The position numbers and the translations under genes were made by a program. A DNA stretch of 64,000 nucleotides from the human T2T-CHM13v2.0 reference genome, Homo sapiens. The notes under the pieces were generated by a model. That model did no database searches and had not been told where the DNA came from. It was given only the letters and a program-made list of their open reading frames with translations. The stretch is taken from NCBI RefSeq assembly GCF_009914755.1, contig NC_060929.1; one strand, 5' to 3'. Each line of letters starts with the position of its first letter. Within the stretch, counting starts at the first letter, position 1. This document shows, piece by piece, positions 17,295-33,056 of the stretch.

Positions 17295-17415
17295 TGTGCT
17301 GTGCTGATGTCACTTAACCCAGCTGGGCTGTGTTTCCTCATTCACCCATACGGACACAGCATTACCTGCTTCACAGTGCTGTTGTCTGGCTTAAGTGAAA
17401 TAACAGATATTTAAG
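17295..17415 (+). mobile_element. MIR fragment
   Basis: gtcacttaaccc..tgtttcctcatt..attacctgcttcacagtgctgttgt..ttaagtgaaataa. Confidence 0.65.
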
Positions 17416-18630
17416 GGTTTTGGAATTCTAGTACTCATTTCAATTCCCTTTTTCATTTTATAACCTTTTTTTAAAAAAAACCATTTTTTCAGGCAATGGA
17501 AAAACCTTAATAAATAAGCACTAAACTTTATAAGTGTGCTAAGCAAATGTTAGTTTTTACCCTTAGAAAGCTAAATATGGAAGCAATTTTAATGGAAGAA
17601 ATGGAATATTTTGTCTGGAGGGTTTTTGCCATCCTTTACTCCCTGAGTTTTAGGTTATAAATATTAAGGGTCCTGTGGTCTAATATGCTACTTGTTGGCT
17701 TTACTTTAAAAGTGTTGCTTCTCATTTCCTCATGAAATACGTGATGAGAGTTCAAATGGGATCTAAAATATGTATTCACTGAGATTTCAAAGGTAAATTC
17801 TTCACTTCTCAAAGTGAATCGGTAATAACTATACTAGTTGTTTGGTTTGGTTTTGTTTCAACTGTTAATGGAAATAAAATCTTCCAAAGAGTACGTGTTA
17901 GTCATAAACACATAGTCATCCTACCCCGTTAGAAATGTACTTTGTTTCTTGATTATGGTGATGATATCACAAAGACATTTGGCTCCTTGCAGAGGATTCA
18001 AATTTGCATTTCCAAGCACTGACTATAAGCAGAAGGGACATTCATTGAGAAGTTCACAGACTACACCTAGAAGGCAGTGCATTGAGAGGGTGAAGGAGGA
18101 CATGGTATGGTAGGTAGGTTAAACTTGCTGCTTATCTAGTCAGTTTTAAAGTCAGAGCTCATGCTGCCCGAAGCCATTACATTACTTTCATCTCTGTCTT
18201 TTCAGTGAAGAAAATTAGGTAGGGAATGACCTGGAGCAGGGCAGAGCTGCTCTGCTGTTGCTATCAGATGTGAGCACACAGAGAACTGCCAAAGGAGGAA
18301 AGTCTAGAGATACCAGGAGATGATGCCAGGTACTTTAGTCATAGTGTCAATGAAGGAATTTGATATTATATAAAGGAAATGTGTATATAAAGCTGGCCCC
18401 ACTCAACACCAGGGGGTATTAAGGTATACTGAGCGAAATATTGTGAAGAATTGGGGAAAGTCTATGGCCAATCTCATGGCTTTGAACTCTCACAGAGTTC
18501 AAAATGAGCACAGATATGGAGTCTGTGAGAGTGAAAAGAGAGGGAAGATTTTAAATAATTCTATTTTGTAATTTTAAAGTTAAGAAGCTGTTGATGTTAT
18601 TTTTAACTACATAGACACCTCATTTTATAA

Positions 18631-18967
<337 letters not shown>

Positions 18968-20654
18968 AAGTCCATGGTTTTTAATGTTCAATGACTTAAA
19001 GTTATAGGCATTGATTATAGGATAAACTAACAGCCAGAGTCAGGTACTTAGGAAATAATTATAAAGCCCTTTTTAGGATAGTTTCTAAAATCAGTGCATG
19101 GAAACATGGTGTTCATGGGATGCACTCAACTTTTTGTTAACAGAGAAAGCATCCCATGTCATAAATGCAGATCTAAATGCTGGAGCATGGTGTAGTTAAA
19201 ACTCTGCCCAAGGGCTGCAGGTCTGTAACGATTACAAAATCCTCTGGATCCACACCATGATCCTACATGCTAGCTTCCTGATAAGATAATCTCCACAGTT
19301 TTTAAAGCAGCCTCCCACACAACAGGAGAATTATCTGGACACAAGACGTAATCAGACTCAAGACATAGTCTCCTCTATTGACAATACATCAACTTCCAAG
19401 GTGCAGAGTTCTTCTCTAGGCTTCAATGACAAGATTCCTTTCTAGGGGCAAAGAGGAGTTCAAGGTCAGCTTATGTAGTTAGGCTCTTGTTGCTTCTTTA
19501 CATCTGGATACTTGAAATATAAAATGGATTCAAGCAGCCAGTGGTGGGCAGCTGGTGCCTGTCCTCTTCCATGTGGTTTTCTCTTGGTGTGCTCTGATTC
19601 CGTGGGGAGGAGGGGGCAGCTTGCGCAGTGGCTTCTCTGGGGCTTTCCTTCTCACTCCTCCCAGGAAATCATAATACTTCTGTCAATTAAAGGTAGTTTC
19701 AAAACCTCCTTAAAACCTATTCTGCTATTTTTTTTTTTCACCAAGACCCGAATAACCTCAAGTTGTCAAGCTGGCCAATGATTTGTCATCCTCCTCTCAT
19801 AATGTCTTCTTGCTTTCCTGTTTCTCCTCTTATTTTAATCCCTTGTCAAAACTCAGGTCTGCCAATCAATTCCTCTTGAACTTATTCTGTCAGTCAGCTT
19901 TCTTCTTTAGTCTGGATGAAATCTAATTTGTGTTTGAATGTACATCTTGTAGAACTTGTATTTTTATACCCTCCTCACTATTCTATTATAAACCAGATCT
20001 TGGAAAAGCCAATTATCTATACCTACTCAGTTTTCTATATACAGCCTAAATTAATATGAACCAATATGCTGAATCATAATTGTTTTAAAAAAAATGATGT
20101 ATCAGTAGTTTGATGGAATATTTTCTTCCATCATGCCAGTTCAGGCTTCTAATGAAGGTTTGGATTTATTTTTCCTGAACTGTAGTCTACAGCCTTAATT
20201 ACAAGTGATTGCTGTATCATTTTCTTTCGCCTTGCTTGTGGCAGAGTGATGTTTGCTGTCTGCAGCAGTAAAATCACAGGGGAATTTTTCTCTGCTTTGA
20301 ACAGCAGCAAGATTAGGAAAGGAACCCACATGCTTCCCATATTTCAGGAAAAAGGAAGAGGGACATTTTACCAGACCAAGTTTTTATATCAACATTGGTA
20401 CAGTGTTCATTATAAAGAATTTTTGTAGTATTTTAAAGTTATTTTCTTTCTCAAATAATGTTAGAGAATATATCACGCACTCAGGAAGCTGCCCTCTGTC
20501 TTCTCTGGCTTTATGAGCTGTGTTGGTTGCTCAGCTGTTCCCAACAACAGGTGATCACTCTCAGGTGATTTTAACAACATTCCCTTGCATATAAAGTCTT
20601 CGGTGGCATGGGAAATTGGCAACTAAGAGACTATTTGTGGCTTAACCTTTCTGG

Positions 20655-20790
20655 TCATAGAGTGGAAAGAGCAAAAGACTGAGAAGGTAGGAAATGGAGT
20701 CTTTTATTACACCTGTCACTAAAAAACTGTGTGACCTTGGGCAAGGCATTCAGCTTTTTTTGAGCCACGGGTTTCATATCTGTAAGAGAT
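20655..20790 (+). mobile_element. MIR
   Basis: tagagtggaaagagca..gtcactaa..tgtgtgaccttgggcaag..gtttcatatctgtaa. Confidence 0.7.
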
Positions 20791-22399
20791 TCAGAATTCT
20801 CTAGAATTCCAAAATTGTTATGACATTCATTAGAAAGGGTTGATTTTGTTCTTCAGATCGTGTACGGAGGATCTGTTGTTGAGTAGAGAACTTTAAAATG
20901 GCCTCATCTACTTTCCAATAGAAATGGCTTTCTAAATATATACTGCCCAAATTTTGGTGAACTCTTTCTCTGTGTCAGACTGCTCCATTCTTTAAATCTT
21001 ATTGAGAATGAAATTTATTTCTTAATAAGTGCAATGTCTAAACAGTATTTAAATATTACCACATTGCTTTCAGCCTCTATCTCAAGTGGAGGGTTTCAAT
21101 GCTCCCAGCCTGTAGCTCGGCCTCTACAGGCGATTTTCTGATTATGGATCCTGGTGGTCTCTTTTTATGATCTTTTCTGGGCATGAGAAGGCAGAATTGG
21201 TAGTTTAAAGTAGAAGTCTGTTTCCCTTCCCCTGCACTTAAACCCTTTAGGCAAACACCATCCAAGACAGCCTTTATTGACAAGCAAGGGAATTCACCTC
21301 TCTCAAAATAGAGTAAGGGGAAAAATACTCACTAGGGCAATAATTTCAAACTTTTTTTTCTCACATATTCAGTAAAAGAATTATAAACATTTATGTAACT
21401 CCTTTCCCACCAACATTTTTAAGTTGGTAACTCTTTTCTTTGATCTATTTATATAGTTGAAAAGAATTAGAATTTCTGGTGCACTGTAAATGTTACATTG
21501 CTCTCTTAAATCTTTTTAGTGAAATCTAAATGCCTTGGAGATTTGATACTCTTCTTACAAGATATATAAGAATTTTTCTTGTAAAGAAATTTTATATCAC
21601 TCCATTTTTTTTCTCAGACTTGTGTTTTTATTTCATTTCCTTCAGAAAACTTTATCCCAATGTAATGTATTTTATGCTTTTATTGGTCACTCAACTACAT
21701 GTCTCTGCAATAAAAATATTTATATAATATTAAATTGTTATTATAGTTTGCTCTTGCCATGATATTGTTTTTAAATGATTAAAAATACACTCTTCTGGAC
21801 TGAGTTACTGTGATATTTGTCTCTACATAATTAATCAAAATAGAATATATGTTTAACAATTTTGATGAGTGACTTTAAACATAAAAGGTAAAATATTTTT
21901 AAGAAAATTTATCTCCTAATAAAATGAATGGGACCTTTTTGTTCAGTTAGTTTATGAATCCATAGACAAATACTGCTCATTACTAGAATAAAATAGGGCT
22001 ATCACTTTTATTTATATTTTTATTTTCTCTATATAAGCCTCAAAAGCCATGTTTTCATAAATAACTATGTAGGAATGAAAAGAGTTTTGTTATAGCAATG
22101 ACACTGAATTTTTGAACTCCTAAATTATGAATCCAAATTACATAGTTATATATTATCAATAATCATTTTTAATAACATATCAGCTGATAACCTGGTTAGG
22201 TCCTCCTTCCACTTCGTTGAATTAAGGGAATGGAAAACCACCTAATTTCCCAGTGTTTTTGTTATTCAGCCTTTAGAGCTTTCCTCTCGGAGCTTCTGTT
22301 TCAGAGCTCTGGGGTCTCCAGGACTAAGTGATTATGATGCATTCTTTTAAATGTAAATTTGATCATATCACACACTTGACATCCTTAAGCTTCTCAGTG

Positions 22400-22470
22400 T
22401 CCCTTTAAAGTGTGTGCTCAGACCAACAGTTCTAGCTTCACCTGGGAACTTGTTAGAAATGCAAGTTATC
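22400..22470. mobile_element. MER5A DNA transposon, left part (interrupted)
   Basis: aaagtgtg..cagaccaacag..cacctgggaacttgttagaaatgcaa. Confidence 0.75.
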
Positions 22471-23946
<1,476 letters not shown>

Positions 23947-23949
<3 letters not shown>

Positions 23950-24513
23950 TCACAATAGCCAAGATACGAAACCAACCTAAGTGTCCATTAACGAATGAAC
24001 AAATAAAGAAAAAGTAGTATCTGTACATAATGGAATGTTATTCAGCCTTATAAAATAAGGAAATCCTGTCATTTGTGGCAACATAGATGAACCTGGAGGA
24101 CTTACTAAAATAATCCAAACACAGAAAAACAAATACTGCATGATCTCACTTGTATGTAGAATGTAAAATAATTAAACTGATAGAAACCCAGAGTAGAATA
24201 GCAGTTACCAGCGGCTGGGGTGGGGAATGGGAAGATGTTGATCAAGGGCACAAAGTTTCAGTTAGAAAGACTAAGCTCTGGAGATCTAGTGTACAACATG
24301 GTGACTATAATTAATAATAATATATAGTATAATAGAATATTGCTAAGGGACTTGATTTTAAAAGTTCTCTTTACAAAAATGGTAAGTATGTGAGGTGTAG
24401 AATGTTAATTAGTTTGATTTAATCATTGCATAATGTATACATACATCAAAACATCACATTATACACCATAAATATATGAAATTTATTATTTAATCAATTA
24501 AAAAATAAATAAC
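23947..24513 (+). mobile_element. Non-inverted 3' segment of the same L1MA (ORF2 end, 3' UTR, A-rich tail)
   Basis: tattcacaatagccaagata..aaggaaatcctgtcatttg..tctggagatctagtgtacaacatggtgactata..aaaacatcacattatacaccataaatata. Confidence 0.88.
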
Positions 24514-24643
24514 TAGAGATGAAAATTATTTAGCTCAACCCCAGGTTTATTAAATCAGAATGTCTGGGAGTGGGACCCAGCAATTTGTGTTTAATAAGCC
24601 CTCGAGGTGATTCTAATGCACAGGTATGCCTGAGAACCACTGA
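24514..24643. mobile_element. MER5A DNA transposon, right part
   Basis: aaatcagaa..ctgggagtgggacccagcaatttgtgtttaataagccctcgaggtgattctaatgcac..tgagaaccactg terminal repeat. Confidence 0.8.
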
Positions 24644-24861
24644 CTTTCAAGATAGAGTTCAAACTTGGGAACCGGATATATAAGAATTTTCCCTGTCTGA
24701 ATGTTGCCAGTCTCCCTATGAATGAACTCATTACTTTAGTCATACCAATAGAGTATCCACTCTCCAGTCTCTCTTTTACAACAATAAGATTTTAGGTTTG
24801 TTACAAAATTATGCAAAGTCAGACTTTTTCCATGTTATTACAGTTTATTATACCCACTCTT

Positions 24862-25036
24862 CTAGTGGTTTTCAAACTATATTAAGAGTCTTTTGGAAAA
24901 ACTGATTTTAAATGCAAATTCCTGAAGCCAGCTCCCGAGATTCTGATTAAGTCTGGGTGAAGCTCAGAAATGTATTTTAAAAACAACCACAGCTGGTTTC
25001 TGACTGAAGGCAAAACCACCACTCAGAATCACCACT
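24862..25036. mobile_element. MER5B-like DNA transposon
   Basis: tagtggttttcaaact..aaatgcaaattcctg..gagattctgatt..gtctgggtg..caccact. Confidence 0.6.
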
Positions 25037-25454
25037 TAAAACCAATGAAGGGTGGAGAAAATTTAGCTCCTCTTTCTTGATGACCACGTTGGCACCTCTG
25101 TGAGTTAGTTTAAGAGACAACATCTGTGTATCACTCTCTCCTTACGTAGGCAAAATACTAAGCCTAAAAAGACATCCTTCAGTATTCTAACAATCTGTGA
25201 AAATGCATGGTTATTCAAGAATATTGTCTGAACTTTATTTTATATGCATTATCTTAAAGCAACAGGGGAAAACATGAAAAATACATTAAACGTCAAGTAA
25301 GGTAACGTCTAGTTTAAATTTTTTTTAAAGGTAAAAAAGGTCTTTCTATTAAACTGTGTGAGAATTAATTTTAGGTAATTAGAATTGGTTCTTAAAGTCA
25401 ACACTGGCTTGTTTTGGAAAGAAATCAATGAGGTTGTGGTAAGGATTAAAGCTC

Positions 25455-26430
25455 TTTATTTTTATTTTTGGCATATACACTTGTCCCAGCATGCCTTCTC
25501 CACTGAATTACCCTCTAATCTCAGTCAAAACGAATTATTCATGTAGGTCTATTTCTGAACTCTGTTCAATTGATCTATGTGCCAAATGTTTCCCAGTGCC
25601 AAACTATCTTGATTAATGTAGCTTTTTCACAATTCAGATAGTGTAAGTCCTTCAACTGTGTGTGTTTGTGTGTTTTATTTTTCCAAAATTGTTTTGGCTA
25701 TTCTAAGTCCTTTACATTTTACATACATTTTGGAATCAACTTTTAAATATTCACAAAAACAGCTTCCTGGGACTTGGATTGAAACTTTGAATCCACAGAT
25801 CCATTTGTGGAGAATTGACCACTACGCTGAATCTTTCAATTCATGAACATAATATCTCTCTCCATTTATTTAGGTCTTTAAAATTTCTTACAAAAATCTT
25901 TGCTTTTTGGTATAAAGTTTTCATATATTTTGTTAAATTGAATCTCAACTATTTCTTGTTTAGTTTTTAAAAATGATCTTGCTTGTATTATAACCAGTAT
26001 TTAAAAATTTTCCATTTTAAATCAATTTTTGCTCATGTATAGAAATACTATTGATTTTTTGTATTGGTTTAGCATCTTGTGACTTTGCTAAACTCACATA
26101 ATAGATGGACGGAAAGTTTTTATAGACTTGTTGGTATTTTCTATATGTCTTTATTTTTTCTTGCCTTATTACATTGACTGGAACCTCTAATACAATGTTA
26201 AATAGAAATAGTAAAAGCAGACATCATCTTCTTCCTGCTCTTAGGGAAAGCATGTTCAGTCTTTCACCATTAATTATGTTATTAACTGTAGTTTTTAAAA
26301 GTCAGTCTTTATGAAATAGAGGCAGTTCCTTTCTATTCCTAGTTTGCTGAGAGATTTTTTTACCACAATGGGTATAAAATTTTGCCAAATACTTTTTCTG
26401 CATCTATTGAGAGGTTTCCATTGGTTTTAC
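25455..26430 (-). mobile_element. Old L1M ORF2 fragment
   Basis: ggtctatttctgaactctgttc, ttgttttggctattctaagtcctttacat, ttagggaaagcatgttcagtctttcaccatta, ttcctttctattcctagtttgctgaga. Confidence 0.8.
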
Positions 26431-27325
26431 ATTGCATATATATTTTATATTGGTGTTGATGATCTAGCAGCTTTGTTCTGGTAGGAGAAATCACTTTCTG
26501 ATATGAAGGGAAATTTTAAAAACTGAGCTATCATTTATGATCTAAAAAAAGACCTTTGTGTTACATAGTATTTCTCTCTGATATGCTTCATGGCTTTGAA
26601 TTATTATAATAAACAGGTCAATTCTTGAGTTTTTTCTTTTATTTATGCTAATGCTTCGCATTAGGAATCAATGAGATTGGCTTATCTAAATTTAGTACTG
26701 GCATTCTTCTAGGCAAAGTAATGAACGGTAGTCTTTCTTTGCAGGAAAGGAAAAGAGAATTTATCTTGATTGAGAATTCGCTTTTCTCAGGTAGTCTCTT
26801 TGCATACAGTGTATCATTTAAATTTGTTCATACAACATACCTGGTATCTAAGAGACATCATTCAGTTTTCAAATGAGGAGGCACACTAAGAAATGTACTT
26901 ACTCATACAATGAATCAAATTTATGCATTTTTTTAATTTTAAAAACAATGTTAAAACATGACACATTATTTGACAAATGAAGAAGTGAATCCCTTGTCAT
27001 CTCAGCACTCTTATGCAGTCACTATTTTTAGAAACTGATGTTGATTTTTCTGTCTAAACATCTACAGTACCAATACGCAGAGCCATTTTTAAGTGCTTAT
27101 ATATAATTTTTTAATACTTACCATTTAATTAAGTGTGTGTAGGGAAGAAGTGTAGGTAAAACATCTGGTACAATATGCACCAATAAATGACAGCTATCAT
27201 TATCATTATTATTGCCATTTTGTGTCTTGATCATAATATGGTCTTCTCAAGGATGTAGACAATGTTCTCTACATCTTTTGTAATCTCCAATAGTAGTCAT
27301 TGCAATGCTGAACACAAGGAGGTAA

Positions 27326-27605
<280 letters not shown>

Positions 27606-28593
27606 TGAGGTAAGGGTTTTAAGAAATACTTTTTGGCTCATTGGCTGGTTGATGAACTAGCCCAGGACCTTTGTTTGGCAGAGCAGGAGCACTATCTGTC
27701 CAGGCTTGGCATGAAGGAGAAATGAGAAAGACTGAAATACTCTGGTGATGGCAACAAACAGAATTTTGGAGCACATAATATTGCCTCTTGCTTAGAATAT
27801 TTAGTTGCAGGACAGAGGAAATGCCCAGTTACTTGTAGGAACAGAGCATTATAGTTTGTGGCTTAGTGCAGAATATTGGGTGCATAATATATTCTAAAGG
27901 TTTAATTGACAATTTAAAAACATTCTCCATTTTAAAAACATCATTTAGAGATAAAAGAGAAAAGTACTTGTTAAAAAATCAGTTATTCTAGATTGTTATA
28001 TTCTTCTTTCCTTACCTTTTCCAAAGTATTGATTCATTTATTAGCACTTTTGCAAATAAATTTAAAATACATTTAGTTCTTCCATGATTTTAATGGCTCT
28101 GTAAAATTTCCATTAAGATCAATGATAAACTACATGATGGATATTAGGATCAGTAGTCCAAAAAACGATTAGGTTCAGGGTCTAAGTATATCATATTATA
28201 TGTTATGCAACCTCTTTAACATTTTGATTTTGGTAAAACCGTGGTTAATGATAAATATTATAAACATTTTTACTGGATACATTGCACTGGAGGGAAAATG
28301 AGCTTATATGGGTAATGCAGCAGGCTGCAGAATGTATGCAGACAGAGTCGTGGAAATTATTCTGTTTTTTGTTTTCAGAAAATTTATGACCTTATCTCTT
28401 GAGCTTTTTATATCAGCTGAAAGAGACACCTCTCTTCCCTATCCTCTAAATTATTGTTCTAGTCCAGGCTAACTACCCCATTTCACATTTTCTCAGCTCT
28501 GGATCCTTTAAAAATATGTAAATTATTCTTAGCCTGGTGTTATATTTAATTTTGTGGCTATTTCATAGTACTTCCTAAGTTACTAGGCACAGG

Positions 28594-28790
28594 TAATAAT
28601 AACTACAACCATACTTAATTGAGCACCTATGCCAGGTTTGATGTTCAATGTTTAATTCATCTTAAAACGGTTTTCAAGTGAACTTATTCCCATTTTATAA
28701 ATGAGGACACTGAGGCTGAGAGACTTTAAATAACTTCCTCAAGCCAAGTGGTAGATGAAGAATTTGAACCCAGGCTTTAATGTGGCTACT
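28594..28790 (-). mobile_element. MIR
   Basis: attgagcacctatgccagg..cccattttataaatgaggacactgaggctgagaga..gaatttgaacccagg. Confidence 0.8.
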
Positions 28791-31046
28791 CTCATTCAAG
28801 TATATTCATTTGAGTATATTTCAGATGAGATCTTGATGGTTCTCTGTGTTCTTGTATGTTAAATTAAAGTTGAACAATATAATTTCCAAGATTTTTCCAT
28901 GTCTTGATAATTTATAAATTTTATGAATTCTAAGATTAATCACAATCTTGCAAAGAAATATGATTTTTGGCATCCATACTCTTGATTTAGATACACTCCA
29001 TCCAGGTGGGTTATCTTTAAAACAAAAAGGGCTTTACTCACATGTGAATATGTATATATGTGTACATACAAACATAGGTAGTTGTGATATCTTCTTTAGT
29101 GTTCAGTATTTACAAGCTTAATGAAGATTTTAGAAATGGTGAGGTATAAAAACCCCTAGAAATATGCCACTAACAGGTTTCTTTGAAAATATAGAAAATG
29201 TTTTGATTATTGTTTGGTAATTGACATTACAGAGATTAGGTATTTTTCCCAAGTGGTTGAACAAATAGATGTACTGTCATTAATGATTAGTTCTATTAAC
29301 TGGATTGATAGTCTTTTCTAAGGGCCCACATTTAAATACTCTAATTAAAAAAAACTAATTTATTTCAACAAATCACTATTAAGTGAATCTCAAGTTGTCT
29401 AGAATTTGTGTTAAATAGAATCACGAACTGTTGAGTTTACTTTGGTGGAGGAAGGCAGTGTATCCTGGGAACTGAAGACCTTATTAATTTTGAGAAGTAG
29501 GTTGGTGAGCAAAGCCACATTTAATCTGGAATAACTTCTGTAGTCAATGAAACAGAAAATACAAATCCTGTTTCTGAGGAAAGTATATTCAGTGATGACT
29601 CAGACGAATGCTGGGGCCTGATAAGAGGGCTCCTTCAGGTTTTTAATTGAAATGTGACTACAACAAGGAGTTGACAGAAATCATCTCTGATTTCCAGATA
29701 AATGCACAAATCCAATGTCATTGAAAGGCGATAAGACAGATTTCCAGAATAGGGATTTGAAAAGTTCCTCCCATCCTGCTTATTCTGAAATAGGGCACCT
29801 CCAATGCAACCTCATTTATCTGACAACTGAATTTGTAATGGGTGTCCGGGTGTCTTTGGCAGTAAAGTGGGATTATTTCCATTTCCTCAGACTTTTTAAA
29901 GCCCCTTTTCTCCCTGTAGCTATATAAATGCAAAGTAATAAGATAATAATATCAATAGCTAGTATAAGGGCTTTCATGTTAGTTACTAGAGCAGAACACT
30001 CACCTCTAAGGTTGTTTGGTTTCCTGATGTGCTAAGCAATGTGTCTTTCTAAGCAAGATCGTAATATTGACAATCATCTCATATTTACCCATAACGCCTC
30101 AGGGCAGATGTTGCACAGCATGATATGTGCATGGGGAAGGAAGTAGAATGGGTGTCCCTACTACTTCATTCCCCAGAAATCAAGCTTCTTAAATTTGATG
30201 CAAATCAGAACTAAATGTTTGTGTAGTATAATGTCACCTCCTCTCTTCAGTGTGGCTTAAACATTTGTTCCTCTTCTGATCAGTCATTGTATGCAGGCTG
30301 CCCCAGAAAGGAGCCCCAGGTGAGGAGCTCTTTCCAGCTGAAGCAATTTCTGGAGAGAGTTGATAGTTGGGAGTTGTGAGCTACAGTGCTTCCTCAGAGG
30401 TTCCCATCCTTCAGCCCTGTGCCTTTGAGGATCTGGGGAGCACACCCTAGCGTTCAGTTCCCCATGTGATGGTGGTGCTTCAGAGCCATTATTTGGGCTG
30501 AGCCTCGAGATGGGAGCAGTAGGTGACAAGGATTTATTTTTTTTCCTGCAATTTTACAAGAAAAATCTGGAGGGACTTATATATACAAATGTGTTTCAGT
30601 CCTATCTTGAGGTAAAATGGTAGAGCTGCTTTTCTATGTTTCCTGAATGTCTGATTGCATATTGTCCTTTTATGACTTATAAGTCTAACACTGATGTTTG
30701 TTTTAACCTAGCTTTACCTGTATGAATACCTTGAGAAAATACAGACATTTGTCTTGGACATCCCTCCATCCCCAGGGATATTCTGAGGCCTTTATGAAGA
30801 TACTTGGAAGATCCTAGAACAATTTCTCATAGATTTATCATTAAGCCATCTGCAGCAGAAACTCCTAAAGGAGTTTGTTGATTCTCAGGACCACTTCATC
30901 ACTAAAATATAATGAGTGGCGGACCAATAGATACAGTTTCTAGGCCAGAGAATTGGCATTTAACAGATTTTCTGGGTGAATCCTATATGCAATAAAGTTT
31001 AAAAATATCAGGCCTAGAGAGATAATTATGTTCTTCAGGTATTCCT

Positions 31047-31187
31047 GGCTGGGCACAGTGACTCATGCCTATAATCCCAGGACTGTGGAAGGCTGAGATG
31101 GGAGCATCACTTGAGCCCAGGAGTGCAAGCCTGCAGTGAGCAGTGATTGCCACTGCATTCCAGCCTGGATGACAACAACAAAAAAAG
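31047..31187 (+). mobile_element. FLAM / Alu monomer
   Basis: ggctgggcacagtgactcatgcctataatccca..cacttgagcccaggagt..ctgcagtgagc..cactgcattccagcctgg, (caa)n/A tail. Confidence 0.85.
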
Positions 31188-31702
31188 ATATTCATGAAAT
31201 ATGCACAATTAATACTGATGAAAGTGTTTTAGTCTACCCTTTCCAAGGGCCTAGACAATTTTTCATAGATCATGCAAACTTGGCTTTTTATCACTGACTT
31301 CTTTTTAAGGGTTTAGTAAGTAATTGTTTAAGTAAGTGAAGATATTAATTAGATGGTTTTATCTAAAGCATTTTTGAAACTTTGCTATCTTGAGCAAACT
31401 TGTAGTAAAATATCCATCTTTAATTATTGAAATATTTGTGGAGGTGAACTGGGAAAATATCAAAGAAAACACACAGCAAAAATAATTCTACACCCTCCAT
31501 TAAAATTTTCCCACTTATAGGGTTTCAAATTTTGTAACTGTAGACTAGTGACATGTGTCTCATCAAGAGTATAATGGTATAATATTTTTTAAATTACTTA
31601 TTGTAAATATGCCAGATTGCACATTAGAATTGCATTTAGACAGCTGATTCCTTAAGTCATAGTCTCTAGAGGATGAATATTGGAGATCACTGCTTTTATC
31701 CT

Positions 31703-32032
31703 TGTGGAAGTCAAAATAAAATGTAGAGATGAATTTATAAATGTAACATTTTATTTGGGAAGAAAAAAATTGCCATTTGGGGCATACACTCAGGCTGGGT
31801 GGTCTTTAGTATGTCTGAAAAACAAAGAGGAGTTTGGAAGTTTTATAAAAAAGAGAAATATTACCTACTGTTTTTCCAGAAAGTTCATTGGCCTTAGTGA
31901 AGTGTTGAGGAGGTGGCAAGCTCTGATTGATGAGTGATAGCAGTGGGTAAAACTAGTCTTACAGGTAACTGCAGGTAGTTTCAGAAGCCATTAGATGGAC
32001 ACAACTGGTTTCAGGTTACAGCAAACAGTTTT

Positions 32033-32068
<36 letters not shown>

Positions 32069-32197
32069 AAGGAGGCTTGCAGAGGATTACATTCTTGGAG
32101 CAATGTTACCTGCCTTGAGTGCTCTTCCCCCGGCTTCTCGACTGTGTTTCAGTTGGGTATGACAAGAGTGACCCGATTTCTATCATCAACTTTCACA
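31703..32197 (-). mobile_element. ERV1 (MER4-group) solo LTR; exact subfamily uncertain
   Basis: TG...CA termini, near 4-bp TSD tcct/gcct; antisense poly(A) signal (ttttatt); end reverse-complements to tgtgaaagttgatga..gggtcactcttgtcatacccaact. Confidence 0.7.
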
Positions 32198-32406
32198 GCC
32201 TCGTTCTACCTGATTTACAAGATTTTGTCACGGTTGAGGAGCCATTTTAGTTAATTCTACCAATATACAAAGTTCATATGAGAACCTTTTCTAACAATGC
32301 TGAAAAATGTATCAGGGAGTTGGGTTCAAGCACAAAGATGGAAAAGTGCATTTATATTAGCCCTTCCATCTCTGTCAGTTTAAAATATTTCCATTTGGCA
32401 AAGAGA

Positions 32407-33056
32407 TGATACAGGAGATAGAATTAAATTATTTAGGCAGATAGTGAGGGCAAAAGAGTCCTTGGCAGAACTTCCCTTCTAATAAAAAGCAGCCCAAGAA
32501 ATCACTTTTTTTCTAACAAAGAACAGCCTGGAAGATCAGGCTTCAAACATAGATGAAGAAGCTGGAAGCTTGCACGCAGGGGTATGCCGGCAGCTGCACA
32601 GATAGAAAGGGCTACCCGGGGGCTACCCGGGGCTAGGCATGTTCACCATGGAGGCTCCACCTTCCCTTTTTTGTTAGCACATGCACAGTAGGAAAGAGAT
32701 AAGCAACATGGAGTAGTTCAGGCAGAGGACCCACCTGCATAATAAAAGACTGGGGGGGGCGCTGTCAGAGATTCAGATCCTCTGCAGATGTCACATCTGG
32801 TTCTAACCGGTTTTTCGTGCCCTATGTAGATCAGGTTCCGCCTTCCCACTAGCTGTCTATAAAAACCCTTACATGTCACCGCAGATTGGCAACCCATTTT
32901 TCCGGGACCTCTCTCTGTAGCACAGAGCTATTCTCTTTCTTTCGCCTATTACATTTCTGCTCTAAACTTCACCCTTTGTGTGTGTCCACGTCCTTGACCT
33001 CCATGACTGTGAGACCCAGAACCTCGGCTGTCACCCCTGACAACGAGGCTGCTTCA
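32407..33056 (+). mobile_element. ERV1 solo LTR (LTR27-like)
   Basis: Starts tgatacaggagatagaa..ttatttaggcagatagtgaggg; TATA-like ctataaaa ~32858; ends gacaacgaggctgcttca; near 4-bp TSD gaga/taga. Confidence 0.8.

Noticed and set aside
21330-22180. Possible old DNA transposon (Charlie/Tigger-like)
   Set aside because: Only a weak terminal-repeat-like start in very AT-rich sequence; no matching second end or TSD identified.
32588-32637. Small tandem duplication (ggctacccggg x2) in the LTR; similar short duplications at ~13366 and ~42591
   Set aside because: Ordinary replication slippage with no evidence of function.
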